Assembly: GCA_017616015.1 (NCBI GenBank)
Contig: JAFZYY010000029.1
Span: forward strand, 2,101 to 66,100
Length of the DNA: 64,000 nucleotides
DNA from: Alphaproteobacteria bacterium
GTDB taxonomy: Bacteria; Pseudomonadota; Alphaproteobacteria; CAAGCB01; CAG-977
Direction of reading: 5' to 3'
Both the position numbers and the translations under genes were made by a program. A model generated the notes under the pieces. That model saw nothing but the letters and a program-made list of their open reading frames with translations. It ran no database searches and was not told where the DNA came from. Of this stretch, positions 1 through 9,741 are shown one piece after another; positions within the stretch are counted from its first letter, which is position 1, and each line of letters opens with the position of its first letter.

Positions 1-1033
1 CGCGCGTCGTTTTGATGCCGGGCGCCGGTTCCAGTTCGAACAAAGTGACCACGGGTCCCGGACGGACGTTGACGATTTGTCCTTTAACGCCATATTCTTC
101 CAGCACATTTTCCAACTGACGGGCGCGCTTTTCCAGATATTCGCGGGAAACGGCGGCGTCTTTATCCGCTTTGGGTTTTGCCAGCAAGTCAAGTTTGGGC
201 AGATGGAATTGTTTGACGTATTCGCGCTGTTCCTTGATTGATTTTAACGGCGACGGTTTGGCCTGTTGCTTTTTGACCGGAGCCGGAAGCGGTTGTGCTT
301 TTTCTTCCAGATTCAGTTCCCCTTGTTCGGCAAACAGGCTTTGCGGCAGTTCTTCGGGCAGCTGTTCAGTTTTTTCTTCGGTTTCGGGAGAAGAACGCCT
401 GCATTTTTTCCAAACAAACAGAAGGAGACTTCGAACCAGTTGAAGCAGACCGGAAATCCAACGTTTGACCAGATAAAACGGAATGCCTAAAGTCGAAGCC
501 AGTCCGAAAATCGCCGCAATAAACACAACGGGCAGCAAAACGTATTCCAGATAAGATAAATGCGCGACAATTAAAGCGTGCCGTAAAGGCAGATAAAAAG
601 CCGGCATAACGGCGCCTGAAAAGCCGGCGACAACCGGTGAAAAGGAAACTTCCGGTAAAGCGGAAAACAGTATCAACAGCAAAAACAGCGTCGGAATAAA
701 GCTGAAAACGCGCAGAATTTGATACTTATGCCATTTGAAACGGAAAATCAGAATGCCCCAGGCGATTAAAGAAAGAGGAAATAAAACGGCGCCTAATCCG
801 AATAACTGCCATAAAAGATCAGCCCAAAGCGCGCCGACGGATCCCAATAGATTGGCCGCGACTCCTCCCGTTGCCGTGTTAACGGACGGATCTGCCGAGT
901 TGTAAGTCGCCAAAGCGATGCTTAATAACAGACCCGCGCAAATAAAAGCGATTCCGAAACAGCGTACTGTCAGACGGCGAAAAAATAATTTTAAAGCGGC
1001 GGGCAAAAACGAGTGCTTTTCAGAGTTTGTCAT
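1..1033 (-). CDS. ftsK: DNA translocase FtsK, N-terminal membrane domain and linker; the gene continues past the window start
   Basis: The minus-strand ATG at 1033..1031 opens MTNSEKHSFLPAALKLFFRR...ATYNSADPSVN, which are FtsK-type N-terminal TM helices. The frame stays open to position 1 and ends with ...GPVVTLFELEPAPGIKTTR, the start of the motor domain. The ORF is missing from the ORF track because it has no in-window stop. Confidence 0.8.
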   Translation of the reverse strand, partial: MTNSEKHSFLPAALKLFFRRLTVRCFGIAFICAGLLLSIALATYNSADPSVNTATGGVAANLLGSVGALWADLLWQLFGLGAVLFPLSLIAWGILIFRFKWHKYQILRVFSFIPTLFLLLILFSALPEVSFSPVVAGFSGAVMPAFYLPLRHALIVAHLSYLEYVLLPVVFIAAIFGLASTLGIPFYLVKRWISGLLQLVRSLLLFVWKKCRRSSPETEEKTEQLPEELPQSLFAEQGELNLEEKAQPLPAPVKKQQAKPSPLKSIKEQREYVKQFHLPKLDLLAKPKADKDAAVSREYLEKRARQLENVLEEYGVKGQIVNVRPGPVVTLFELEPAPGIKTTR

Positions 1034-1099
1034 AATTTTCAACGGATCCGGTAATCGAAAGATTGCCTGATATTATGACATTAAAAAGTAAAGGTTCGT

Positions 1100-1738
1100 T
1101 TAATTTATCCGTCCTTCGGAATTGACGTCCAACAGCAACAGCAGCGTATCGTAAAACTTTTGCAACTGAGCGCATTCCAACAGCGCCTGTTTTTCCGCCG
1201 GTTCAAAAGGCAACAACATGGCCAGAGTCATTAAAATCTGATCTTGCGGCATCTGACGCAGCATGTCCGACGTCAGATCGATTTTGTTGGAATAGGCGTA
1301 AAAATCCACTTTGTCGAACAATTCTTTTTTATTGAATTTAAAATTCGCCAGATTGAAGTCTTCGGCAAACGGGGTGAAGTCGATAGACGCGTCTCTGTAA
1401 ATGCCGTTATGATCCATTTCTTTGATGACATTGAAACGGGAAATGCCGGTCAGGGTAATCAGCAGCGTGTCGCCCGATTCCGTAAAGCTGGAGATGCGTC
1501 CGGCGCACCCCGTGCCGTACAACGGCGGGACGCTCATCGAGATGTTCTGCTGTTTCGGCTGAACCATGCCGATAATGCGCGAAGAAGCCAGCGCGTTAAA
1601 AACCAGCCGGATATAGCGCATTTCATAGATGCGCAAATTGACTTTTGTTTCCGGGAACAAAAAGATGCCCGCAAAAGGCAAAACGGGAACGTTTGCCGGC
1701 AGTTCAACCATCGTTACGTCAAAAATACTGTCGCTCAT
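1100..1738 (-). CDS. LON N-terminal (substrate-binding) domain protein
   Basis: 212 aa. Architecture of a Lon N-domain/PUA-like protein. It sits next to a thioredoxin-like gene, as in many alphaproteobacteria. Confidence 0.55.
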   Translation of the reverse strand: MSDSIFDVTMVELPANVPVLPFAGIFLFPETKVNLRIYEMRYIRLVFNALASSRIIGMVQPKQQNISMSVPPLYGTGCAGRISSFTESGDTLLITLTGISRFNVIKEMDHNGIYRDASIDFTPFAEDFNLANFKFNKKELFDKVDFYAYSNKIDLTSDMLRQMPQDQILMTLAMLLPFEPAEKQALLECAQLQKFYDTLLLLLDVNSEGRIN

Positions 1739-1749
1739 CTGTATCGCCT

Positions 1750-2658
1750 TTACGAAAATAAAAGAGAGGAAAGTTTGCGCCGTCCGGCCGCCGTGACCGG
1801 ATTTGTTTGTCCCAAAGCGGCAAAAATTTTGAATAATTGTTGCTTTGCCGCGTCATTGTTCCAATCGCGTTCTTTTTCGATGATGAAAATCAACTGATCT
1901 ATCGCCTGTTCCGGCTGACCGGCGGCGAACAGAGCGCAGGCATAGTCAAAGCGCGTTTTTAAATCTTGCGGATTCTGTTCGACTTTTTGCGCCAGATCGT
2001 CGGGAGCGGGAGCGCCCTTAGCCTCCAAAGCCAGTTTCAGCGCCGTTTTTGCCGCTTCCAATTCCGGATTTTTAACGGAAGCGTCCAGTCCGTCCGCCAA
2101 ATCCTGCGCGGCGTCCAGCTGTCCCAATAAAATGAAAGCGCGAATCATGCCCGCGAAAGCCGACGGGTTTGCTTCGTCTTTTTCCAACACGGCGGCGAAA
2201 GCCTCCAAAGCTTCCTGTCCCTGCTTGTTATTCAGTTTTTCCGTCGCGTCTTTAAGCATGTCGTCCAAAGAAAGCGCCGCTTTGCCGATCAAGGCCTGCA
2301 TCACGGTTTTTAACTGGGATTCGGGAATCGCGCCGGCGAAGCCGTCAACCAATCCGCCTTTTGCGAAAATCATTGTCGTCGGAACGCTTTGGATTCCCAA
2401 CTGCATCGCCAGCGGCTGCACGTCCAAAAGGTCGAATTTGACCAGAGACGCTTTTCCGTTGGCCAGCCGGACATATTTTTCCAACAGCGCGGCAAATTGA
2501 TCGCAAGCCGGATTTTTGGGCGAAGTAAAATAAGCCAAAACGATTCTGTTTTTGGATTCTTCGACAACGTCTGTTTTGAATGACTGCAAGGTTCCCGTTT
2601 TAACGGCAGTATCCTGAGCCGCAGGAGCGTTGTTTGCATCTTCGAAAATTAAAGGCAT
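1750..2658 (-). CDS. Thioredoxin-domain/TPR co-chaperone (YbbN/CnoX-like)
   Basis: Start MPLIFEDANN, with a GGAGTCA RBS upstream of the ATG at 2658. N-terminal thioredoxin fold followed by a TPR-like helical C-terminus. Confidence 0.65.
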   Translation of the reverse strand: MPLIFEDANNAPAAQDTAVKTGTLQSFKTDVVEESKNRIVLAYFTSPKNPACDQFAALLEKYVRLANGKASLVKFDLLDVQPLAMQLGIQSVPTTMIFAKGGLVDGFAGAIPESQLKTVMQALIGKAALSLDDMLKDATEKLNNKQGQEALEAFAAVLEKDEANPSAFAGMIRAFILLGQLDAAQDLADGLDASVKNPELEAAKTALKLALEAKGAPAPDDLAQKVEQNPQDLKTRFDYACALFAAGQPEQAIDQLIFIIEKERDWNNDAAKQQLFKIFAALGQTNPVTAAGRRKLSSLLFS

Positions 2659-2802
2659 GAATGACTCCGCAAGAAAAACATAAACGGCTTTATCATATAT
2701 GAAAAAATTTTTGATTGAAACGGTAAATAAGCATATTTGCGCCTTATAACCGACGGATAAAAAGGCGAAACAAAAAAAATCCGTTGAAATGCAAAAATTG
2801 TG

Positions 2803-2830
2803 TTGCAAAAGAAAAATCAGTCGTTATAAT
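2803..2830 (+). promoter_or_regulatory. Putative sigma70 promoter of tRNA-Gly (-35 TTGCAA, 16-nt spacer, -10 TATAAT)
   Basis: TTGCAA at 2803-2808 and TATAAT at 2825-2830, about 20 nt upstream of the mature tRNA 5' end. Confidence 0.5.
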
Positions 2831-2851
2831 CCTGCTCTATCAAAACGCGAT

Positions 2852-2926
2852 GCGGGTGTAGCTCAGGGGTAGAGCGCAACCTTGCCAAGGTTGATGTCGA
2901 GGGTTCAAATCCCTTCGCCCGCTCCA
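2852..2926 (+). tRNA. tRNA-Gly (anticodon GCC)
   Basis: A cloverleaf can be drawn. Acceptor stem GCGGGTG/CGCCCGC, anticodon loop cTTGCCAAg, T-loop GGTTCAAAT, 3' CCA encoded. Confidence 0.9.
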
Positions 2927-2933
2927 AAAAATA

Positions 2934-2963
2934 AAGCCTTCCGGACAGGAGGGCTTTTTTGTT
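2934..2963 (+). terminator. Rho-independent terminator after tRNA-Gly
   Basis: Hairpin GCCTTCCggacaGGAGGGC followed by TTTTTTGTT. Confidence 0.6.
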
Positions 2964-3121
2964 GCTTTATTCGTCTGAAATCACGATATAGATTTTTACG
3001 ATCCGGCTTATCACGGCGCCGGCAGACGGATTTGGAAAAAACGGCGGGATCATTTTGACTTTTGATCTGTTAAAAGGCATCATGAAAAGGAACCTTTTAT
3101 CTCTTTTTTTAGGGGAATGCT

Positions 3122-4057
3122 TTGAAAGCCGGTTTTAAAATTCTGCTCGCGTCCGTTTGCTTGATCGTTTATTTTTGCACGGTCGTTTTTCCGTTTTTTA
3201 TGAAAGACGATTTTTTTATCAACGGCTTGACGTGGAAAGATTCTTCTTCATTTTACTACGCTTTGGTGTTTTATCCTGCTTTTTGGGGATATTTGTGTGT
3301 TGTTATAAGAAATATTTTGAAAGTTAAAAGCATCAGAATTCCCGTTTACGCGGTTTGTTTTGTCGTTGTTTTTCTGGCATGCCATGCCGCCGCGCTTATC
3401 TGGGGGGATACTGTTTTATGGCTCATGATGCTGACTGTTCCTCTGGGGCTGATCGGGCTTCTTTTAATTCTGATGTGGGCGACCAAACAGGATCTTAAGG
3501 ACAGGTTTTCCCTTGAGAAGGACGAGAAACCGGCCGATGCGTTTGATCAAAACTTGTTAAACGTGGTCTGCTTTTTCCTGTTGCCTTGTTTTCTGATCGG
3601 TATTCTCGTAACGGCCGCCGCGGATAGGGAAGAAAAAGCCGGAACGGTCGTTGCAAAAGAGGTCAAGAAAATTTCTTCCCGACAGATGCTGGACGGGTGC
3701 TCTTATTTTTCCGGACTGATCAAAACGGCGAATGCGACGGTTAAAATCAAAGAAACGGATCCTTTGGAAGAAATCGTCAAAGCGTATCAAAACGAATTTC
3801 AAAACAAAGACGTTTACGGCAAAGTGGAGTTGCATCAATCGGATCGGGATCGCGGCGAGTTTTACGTGTATAACGACAATATCGTCTGGCTGATTTTCAC
3901 TTTCGAGAAAAAAGGCGACTGCGTTCCCGACAGTCAGAACTGCTTCTTTTCATTGATGTACGGAAAAGAACCGTGCGTTCAATATATAACGGCGGAAGAT
4001 CAGCGTTCCGCTTCGGCCGCTAAAGACTTAACGGCGTCTTCCAATTCTTCGAAATGA
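3122..4057 (+). CDS. Hypothetical polytopic membrane protein with a C-terminal soluble domain
   Basis: 311 aa. Possible TTG start behind an AGGGGAA RBS. Four to five hydrophobic helices, then a charged C-terminal domain. The 3' end overlaps the convergent HAD gene by about 58 nt. Confidence 0.4.
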   Translation: MKAGFKILLASVCLIVYFCTVVFPFFMKDDFFINGLTWKDSSSFYYALVFYPAFWGYLCVVIRNILKVKSIRIPVYAVCFVVVFLACHAAALIWGDTVLWLMMLTVPLGLIGLLLILMWATKQDLKDRFSLEKDEKPADAFDQNLLNVVCFFLLPCFLIGILVTAAADREEKAGTVVAKEVKKISSRQMLDGCSYFSGLIKTANATVKIKETDPLEEIVKAYQNEFQNKDVYGKVELHQSDRDRGEFYVYNDNIVWLIFTFEKKGDCVPDSQNCFFSLMYGKEPCVQYITAEDQRSASAAKDLTASSNSSK

Positions 4058-4749
4058 AGAATGGTGCGGTCGGGTTTGGCCGCAGTGTAAGTATGGTCGC
4101 CTTGATTCGATTTAAAGAAAATGGATTTAATCCCCATTTTATTGGCGCCGTAAATATCGCGGTATAAATCGTTGCCGATAAAAATGACCTCTTCCGGTTT
4201 CATTTCCATTTTCTTCAAGGCTTTTTTGAACAGGCGATGATCCGGTTTGCGGTACCCGTAGTCGCTGGAAACCTGCAGCGGATCAAAATAATCGGCTAAA
4301 CCGACGGCATTCAGTTCGGCTTTCGCCCACAGAGACTGCCCGTCCGAAACGGCGGCCAGACGATATTTTTTTTGCAGTTTCTTCAGCGTCTTTTTCACTT
4401 CGGGATACAGTTTTAATTGAAGCAGGGAAGCGGCGCGAAACAGTTCCGCCGTGATTTCCGGCAAAAGCTTTAATTTTTTTGCAGGCAGTTCGTTTGTGTA
4501 CTTCGAGGCGTGTTTTTTTATGATTTCCTCAAACAGTTTTGCCGCGTCGAATTCGGGGTGTTCCTCCTGACTTTCGGCGCGCTGACGTTCGTTGATGTCG
4601 AAATAAATCCGGCACAATTCGTCCGGCGTCAGAGAAATGCCCTGATAAAGCAAAAAATTGCTGACGACGCGATACAGGTCTTTTTGCCCTTCGTCCGTCA
4701 GAATATCGGTGACGGTACCATTTATGTCAAAAATCAAACCGCGAATCAT
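4000..4749 (-). CDS. HAD-superfamily hydrolase
   Basis: MIRGLIFDINGTVTD carries the DxDGT motif I. Likely start at the MIRG ATG, 4-nt-coupled to the upstream kinase-like gene. Confidence 0.7.
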   Translation of the reverse strand: MIRGLIFDINGTVTDILTDEGQKDLYRVVSNFLLYQGISLTPDELCRIYFDINERQRAESQEEHPEFDAAKLFEEIIKKHASKYTNELPAKKLKLLPEITAELFRAASLLQLKLYPEVKKTLKKLQKKYRLAAVSDGQSLWAKAELNAVGLADYFDPLQVSSDYGYRKPDHRLFKKALKKMEMKPEEVIFIGNDLYRDIYGANKMGIKSIFFKSNQGDHTYTAAKPDRTILHFEELEDAVKSLAAEAER

Positions 4750-5756
4750 AGACTGCCCTCCTGAAAACATTTTTTTGCTTCTTCAATCAGCTGGCGCCGG
4801 TAATCGTCTTCAATCCAGAAATTTCTGCCGATGCGAAGCAATGTCAGTCCCATATAGAACGGAATGCGGCGGGTAATCGAAGCGAAGGCCGTATCCCGGT
4901 CGGGAAAACGGCTGGCATATTCCCATAAAAAATGGCCGATGAAAGGCTCCGCGGCGAATTCGTCGGGATAGTTCATTAAAAAGAAATGCTTTAATTCGCC
5001 GGCCATGCGTCCCACGTCAAAAATCCTGTCGGTATAGAAACATCTTTCCATATCGAACGTTTTTAAACCGTCTTCGCCGGAGAACATAAAGTTTTCGGGC
5101 GTGGCGTCGCCGTGAACCAAAACCTGGCAGTCTTCCCACATCTCCGGACGGCAACGCCAGGAATCGCACCACATGCCGAACTCGTCGATTTCGCCTTCCT
5201 CCAATATGGATTCGCACTGCTCGACCAGCTTTTCCATATAGTCGCAGGTCTGCGCGAAATCGACCTGATCCTGTGTCGCGGAACGGTTGTGCAATTCGGC
5301 GAAAAAGTGCGCTAAAACAGCTAATTTATCAAAAAGAAGTTCGCTGTTGTCTTCTTCGAAAGCTCTGTTGATGACACTGCTGAGCAATTCGCCTTCGCAG
5401 CATTCGACAATCAGCAGTTCGCCCAGCTCGGAATTTCTGCCTAACGGACGCGCGACATAAAAAGGTTCGCAGTCGAATCCGAAGCTTCGCACGGTTTCCA
5501 AACTCGTGTACTCGTTTTCCAGTTTTTCGGCCGCGGCTTCGCGGTCTTCTTCGCGGTCGGAATAGAAGTATTTTCCGATAACGCGCGAGCCGGTGTTGTT
5601 TTCTTCGTACATGTACACTTCATTGGAACCGTTCATGTGGTAAACCGTGTACGAAGGATCTTCCATAAAATCCGTCAGCTGAGGTTGAATGTCGTATTTC
5701 AGATAATCGTATAAAGGATCGTCAGTATTTAACAGTCCGAAATATTCTTTGGCCAT
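4746..5756 (-). CDS. Phosphotransferase-family (APH/choline-kinase-like) protein
   Basis: 336 aa. The catalytic-loop-like motif VLVHGDATPENFMF resembles the HGDxxxxN motif of the aminoglycoside/choline kinase fold. Confidence 0.55.
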   Translation of the reverse strand: MAKEYFGLLNTDDPLYDYLKYDIQPQLTDFMEDPSYTVYHMNGSNEVYMYEENNTGSRVIGKYFYSDREEDREAAAEKLENEYTSLETVRSFGFDCEPFYVARPLGRNSELGELLIVECCEGELLSSVINRAFEEDNSELLFDKLAVLAHFFAELHNRSATQDQVDFAQTCDYMEKLVEQCESILEEGEIDEFGMWCDSWRCRPEMWEDCQVLVHGDATPENFMFSGEDGLKTFDMERCFYTDRIFDVGRMAGELKHFFLMNYPDEFAAEPFIGHFLWEYASRFPDRDTAFASITRRIPFYMGLTLLRIGRNFWIEDDYRRQLIEEAKKCFQEGSL

Positions 5757-5866
5757 GGAGCAACTCTATAAAATAAAAAAACATTTTGACGGCGCAATCA
5801 TATCATAAGATTTCCAAAAAGATTCCGAAAAAGTCATGAGTTTTTATTAATAATTCGATCAGGTCG

Positions 5867-7519
5867 TCAGAACAGCATCAGCGCAAGAACCTGTGCCGAA
5901 ATCACGCGCAACGCGATTGTCAGCGGATAAACCGTCGCGTATCCGATTGCGGGCGCGTCGGAATTCGACATATTGGAAACGAATGTCATCGTCGGCAGGC
6001 AGGTGATGCACCCCGACAAAGCGCCGCATAAGGTCAGATAATTCATCTTTTTGACCAGTCGCATGAACACGCCGACGGTCAGTAAAGGCACTGCGGTGAT
6101 TAAAATACCCAAACCGACAAAGTACAGCCCTTCCGTTCTGGAAATCAGTTTGATGAAGCCGGGGCCGGAAGCTATGCCGACAACGGCCAGAAACAGCAAA
6201 ATTCCCAAGAATTTAAACGCTTTTAACACATGCGGCGGTGTATAAAACACGATTCGTCCCCACGATCCGCGATAAGCTAAAAGCATCGCGACGATCAAAG
6301 GTCCGCCGGACGTTCCGAGTTTTAAAGGAATTTCAACGCCGGGAATATGGAAAGGAATTAATCCGACCAGAATGCCTAAAGTCATTCCCAAAAAGAAAGG
6401 AATGAAGCGTGTATCGTTTGCCGTTTCCTGATCGTTTCCCAAATAGCGGATCAGCGGCTTCGTTTCTTCTTTTTTGCCGACGACGACGACTTCATCGGCG
6501 TAAGCCAGTTTCAGTTCCGGCGTCGGAGAAAGCGAAATACCGTTGCGGATAACGCGGGAAATCACCCAGTGATGACGCGTGTCTCCCAAAATTTTTTTCA
6601 AAGGCTTCCCGACGCGGCGATAATTTGTCAAAAGCAGCGTTTGGCTTTGAATTTGTTTGGCGCTTTCTTCCATCAAGTCCTGCTCGGGCGCCAAACGAAA
6701 CAGGAATGAAATTTCCTGAAAGATTTTTCTCGGGCCGAAAATCAGCAGAATATCGCCCATTTGCAATTTGATGTGTTCGTGCGGAATGATGTATTCGTTA
6801 TCCCTTTTCATACGGGAAATCGTCATCGTGTAATGCATCATTTTTAAGAAATCGCCGATTTCCAATCCGTCAAAGCTGGGATTGTTCACCAGAACGTTAA
6901 AGCCCTGCATGTGCGGATCGTTATCGACTTTTTGCGTTTCGTAGGCGGCGACTTCATCTGTAACTTTGACATGAAAAACCGCTTTCAGCATCGCGAACAC
7001 GAAAATGCCGCTGATGATCGTGAAAGGATAAGCAATCGCGTAAGTAAAACCGGATTTTTCAATGATGTCGGCTTTTTCACCCAATTCGGCCAGAATCTGT
7101 TGTCCCGAACCCAAAGCGGGCGTGCTGGTCACGGCGCCGGAATAAAGACCGATCAGCTCGGGCAGGGAGAAGTTGCCGAATTTAAAGATCAGAACGGCAA
7201 TGACTGTTCCCAATGTGGTTACGGCTAAAGCGATTAAATTCAATGTCAGTCCGTTTTTGCGCAAAGAAGCGAAAATATTCGGCCCTACCGTCAGTCCCAT
7301 CGAATAGATAAATAAAATCAGTCCGAATTCTTTGAGGAAAGTCAAAACTTCGGGATTTAAAACGACGGCAAACCGCTCCAATAAGTATCCGGCCAGCAGA
7401 CCGGCGAACAAAACGCCTCCGACTCCGATGCCGATGCCTTTAAATTTCAGACTGCCGATAAAAATACCGATGACGGACGTAATGCTGATGCATAAAATGG
7501 TTATTACCGTTAACGACAT
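5867..7519 (-). CDS. YidE/YbjL (AspT/AAE-type) putative transporter with tandem TrkA-C domains
   Basis: About 550 aa. N- and C-terminal membrane halves flank a central pair of cytoplasmic regulatory domains. Starts MSLTVITILCISITSVIGIFIG. Confidence 0.65.
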   Translation of the reverse strand: MSLTVITILCISITSVIGIFIGSLKFKGIGIGVGGVLFAGLLAGYLLERFAVVLNPEVLTFLKEFGLILFIYSMGLTVGPNIFASLRKNGLTLNLIALAVTTLGTVIAVLIFKFGNFSLPELIGLYSGAVTSTPALGSGQQILAELGEKADIIEKSGFTYAIAYPFTIISGIFVFAMLKAVFHVKVTDEVAAYETQKVDNDPHMQGFNVLVNNPSFDGLEIGDFLKMMHYTMTISRMKRDNEYIIPHEHIKLQMGDILLIFGPRKIFQEISFLFRLAPEQDLMEESAKQIQSQTLLLTNYRRVGKPLKKILGDTRHHWVISRVIRNGISLSPTPELKLAYADEVVVVGKKEETKPLIRYLGNDQETANDTRFIPFFLGMTLGILVGLIPFHIPGVEIPLKLGTSGGPLIVAMLLAYRGSWGRIVFYTPPHVLKAFKFLGILLFLAVVGIASGPGFIKLISRTEGLYFVGLGILITAVPLLTVGVFMRLVKKMNYLTLCGALSGCITCLPTMTFVSNMSNSDAPAIGYATVYPLTIALRVISAQVLALMLF

Positions 7520-7605
7520 GACGTTCCCAAACAAAAAATGACCTTTTTATCTAGGATAAACAATATTCGTTAACTAAGATATAAATATTTGTTAAAAAAC
7601 AAAAT

Positions 7606-8598
7606 TTAATCTTCGCTTTTAAACGGACGGGTCAATAAGGCCGCGATGACGGAATCTACGGAAGCTTCCGCGTTCAAAATTTTCATCAGTCCTTCGCAGA
7701 TCGGCATTTCGACATTGACTTTCGCCGCGCGTTCCAGAACGGCTTTTGCGGTAAAAACGCCTTCCGCGACAGTGCTTTTCCCCGACAAAATTTCGGACAG
7801 GGAAAGACCTCTTCCCAAATCGAATCCGACGGAAAAATTGCGGGACTGAGAGCTGTTTGCCGTTAAGACCAGATCTCCCAGACCGGACAGTCCCATCAGC
7901 GTTTGCGCCTGTCCGCCCAAAGCGACCGCCAGGCGCGAAATTTCCGCTAATCCGCGCGTAATCAAAGCGGCGCGGGCGTTGTCCCCCGCTTTTTTACCGG
8001 CAATGATGCCGGCGGCGATGGCCATGACGTTTTTAACGGCGCCGCCGACCTGGACGCTGATTAAATCGGGGGAATAGTAGGGGCGGAAAGTCGGCGTTCC
8101 CAAAGTTTCCACCAATTCTTTGCCGATCGTTTCGTTTTTGCAGGCTAATGTTAAAGCTGTCGGTTTGCCTTGCGCCGCTTCTTCCGCAAACGTCGGACCC
8201 GATAAAACGGCAATTTCGGCCTGCGGCAGTTCTTCGGCCAGCATTTCGCTTAATAAAGCGCCGGATCCTTGCTCGATTCCCTTGGCGCAGATGACGGCAG
8301 GCAGTCCTTTCGGAAAGAAAGAACGCAAAGTGCGGCAGGTGGCGCGCAAAAATTGGGCGGGAATAACCATTAAAACGGCTTCGGTGTTCGCAACGGCTTG
8401 TTCCAGACTGTTCGTCGCCTCGATATTTCCGTTTAATTCAATGTCCGGCAGGAACAGCGTGTTTCTTCTTTTGGCGCGAATATCTTCGATTAATTCTTTT
8501 TCCCGCACCCACAGCGTTACTTTTTTACCGTTATTGGCCGCGATGTTGGCCAAAGCGGTTCCCCAAGCGCCTGCTCCCAGAACAGAAATTTTTTCCAT
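7606..8598 (-). CDS. gpsA: NAD(P)H-dependent glycerol-3-phosphate dehydrogenase
   Basis: MEKISVLGAGAWGTALA Rossmann motif. 330 aa. Confidence 0.9.
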   Translation of the reverse strand: MEKISVLGAGAWGTALANIAANNGKKVTLWVREKELIEDIRAKRRNTLFLPDIELNGNIEATNSLEQAVANTEAVLMVIPAQFLRATCRTLRSFFPKGLPAVICAKGIEQGSGALLSEMLAEELPQAEIAVLSGPTFAEEAAQGKPTALTLACKNETIGKELVETLGTPTFRPYYSPDLISVQVGGAVKNVMAIAAGIIAGKKAGDNARAALITRGLAEISRLAVALGGQAQTLMGLSGLGDLVLTANSSQSRNFSVGFDLGRGLSLSEILSGKSTVAEGVFTAKAVLERAAKVNVEMPICEGLMKILNAEASVDSVIAALLTRPFKSED

Positions 8599-8610
8599 AA
8601 AAAACTCCTT

Positions 8611-9660
8611 TTACCGTTTTGCCGAAGGATCCAAAGGCCAACGCGGCCGGGGACTGAAGTCCAGCGGATCGAATAATCCGGCCTGACAGCGTTCCATTCC
8701 CGCCCACGCGACCATGGCGCCGTTATCCGTGCAAAGGTTCATCGGCGCCGCCGCAAAAGTCAGTTTATACCTTTCGACCAGTTTTTCCAAGGCTTGACGC
8801 AAAGCTTTGTTTGCCGCGACGCCGCCGGCGACAACCAGATGCGTTCCCTGCGGGCATTGCTTTTTGAAAAGTTTGATGCCGTTTTTCAGTCTGGAGCACA
8901 AAGAATCCAGAACCGCTTTTTGAAAACAGGCGCATAAGTCGGCTTTGTCCTGTTCCGACAAAACGGCGTTTTCTATTGTTCCATCGGGCGAAAAGCCTTC
9001 AATGATATGCCGGACGGCGGTTTTTAATCCCGAAAAAGACAAATCGCACCCCGGTTTGCCGACCATCGGGCGCGGCAGTTCAAAGCGGTTTTCATCACCG
9101 GATAAGGCGTATTGTTCTATTTTCGGACCGCCGGGGTAACCCAGTCCCATCATTTTGGCGGCTTTGTCAAAAGCTTCTCCCGCCGCGTCGTCAACGGTGG
9201 CGCCCAGCCGTTTGAATTTTCCGATTCCTTGCGCAATCAGGATTTGGCAATGTCCGCCGGACGTTAATAATAATAAATAAGGAAAAGGAACGTTCTGTGT
9301 CAGCCGCGCCGTTAAAGCATGCGCTTCCAGATGGTTGACGGCAATAAAGGGCAGATTATGAACGGCGGCGATCGCTTTTGCCGTCATCACGCCGACAATG
9401 ACACCGCCGATCAGTCCGGGACCCGACGAAGCGGCGACAGCGTCTAAATCTTTGAAAGTCAGTCCCGCCTGATCCAAAGCGGCTTTCACGATGACACCGA
9501 CCTGCTGCAAATGGGCGCGCGCGGCTATTTCCGGAACGACGCCGCCGAAAATCTGATGCTCGGCCTGCGAAAAAACGACGGAAGACAACAATTCTTTTTT
9601 ATCGGAAACAATAGCCGCAGCCGTTTCGTCACAGCTGGATTCTATCCCCAAAACGCGCAT
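8611..9660 (-). CDS. tsaD: tRNA N6-adenosine threonylcarbamoyltransferase
   Basis: MRVLGIESSCDETAAAIV, the Kae1/TsaD signature. About 350 aa. Confidence 0.9.
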   Translation of the reverse strand: MRVLGIESSCDETAAAIVSDKKELLSSVVFSQAEHQIFGGVVPEIAARAHLQQVGVIVKAALDQAGLTFKDLDAVAASSGPGLIGGVIVGVMTAKAIAAVHNLPFIAVNHLEAHALTARLTQNVPFPYLLLLTSGGHCQILIAQGIGKFKRLGATVDDAAGEAFDKAAKMMGLGYPGGPKIEQYALSGDENRFELPRPMVGKPGCDLSFSGLKTAVRHIIEGFSPDGTIENAVLSEQDKADLCACFQKAVLDSLCSRLKNGIKLFKKQCPQGTHLVVAGGVAANKALRQALEKLVERYKLTFAAAPMNLCTDNGAMVAWAGMERCQAGLFDPLDFSPRPRWPLDPSAKR

Positions 9661-9741
9661 TTCGATCCCCTGATGTAAAATTATTCTACCCATACTCGGA
9701 AAAAATGGTAAAATCCAGTAGATTTAATCTGGGAGGCTTTT

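Noticed and set aside
1244-1897. 217-aa plus-strand ORF antisense to the LON-domain and thioredoxin-like genes
   Set aside because: It lies entirely opposite well-supported minus-strand CDSs. Its composition is Arg/His-rich and mirror-like. There is no RBS and no recognisable domain. It is a typical antisense artefact.
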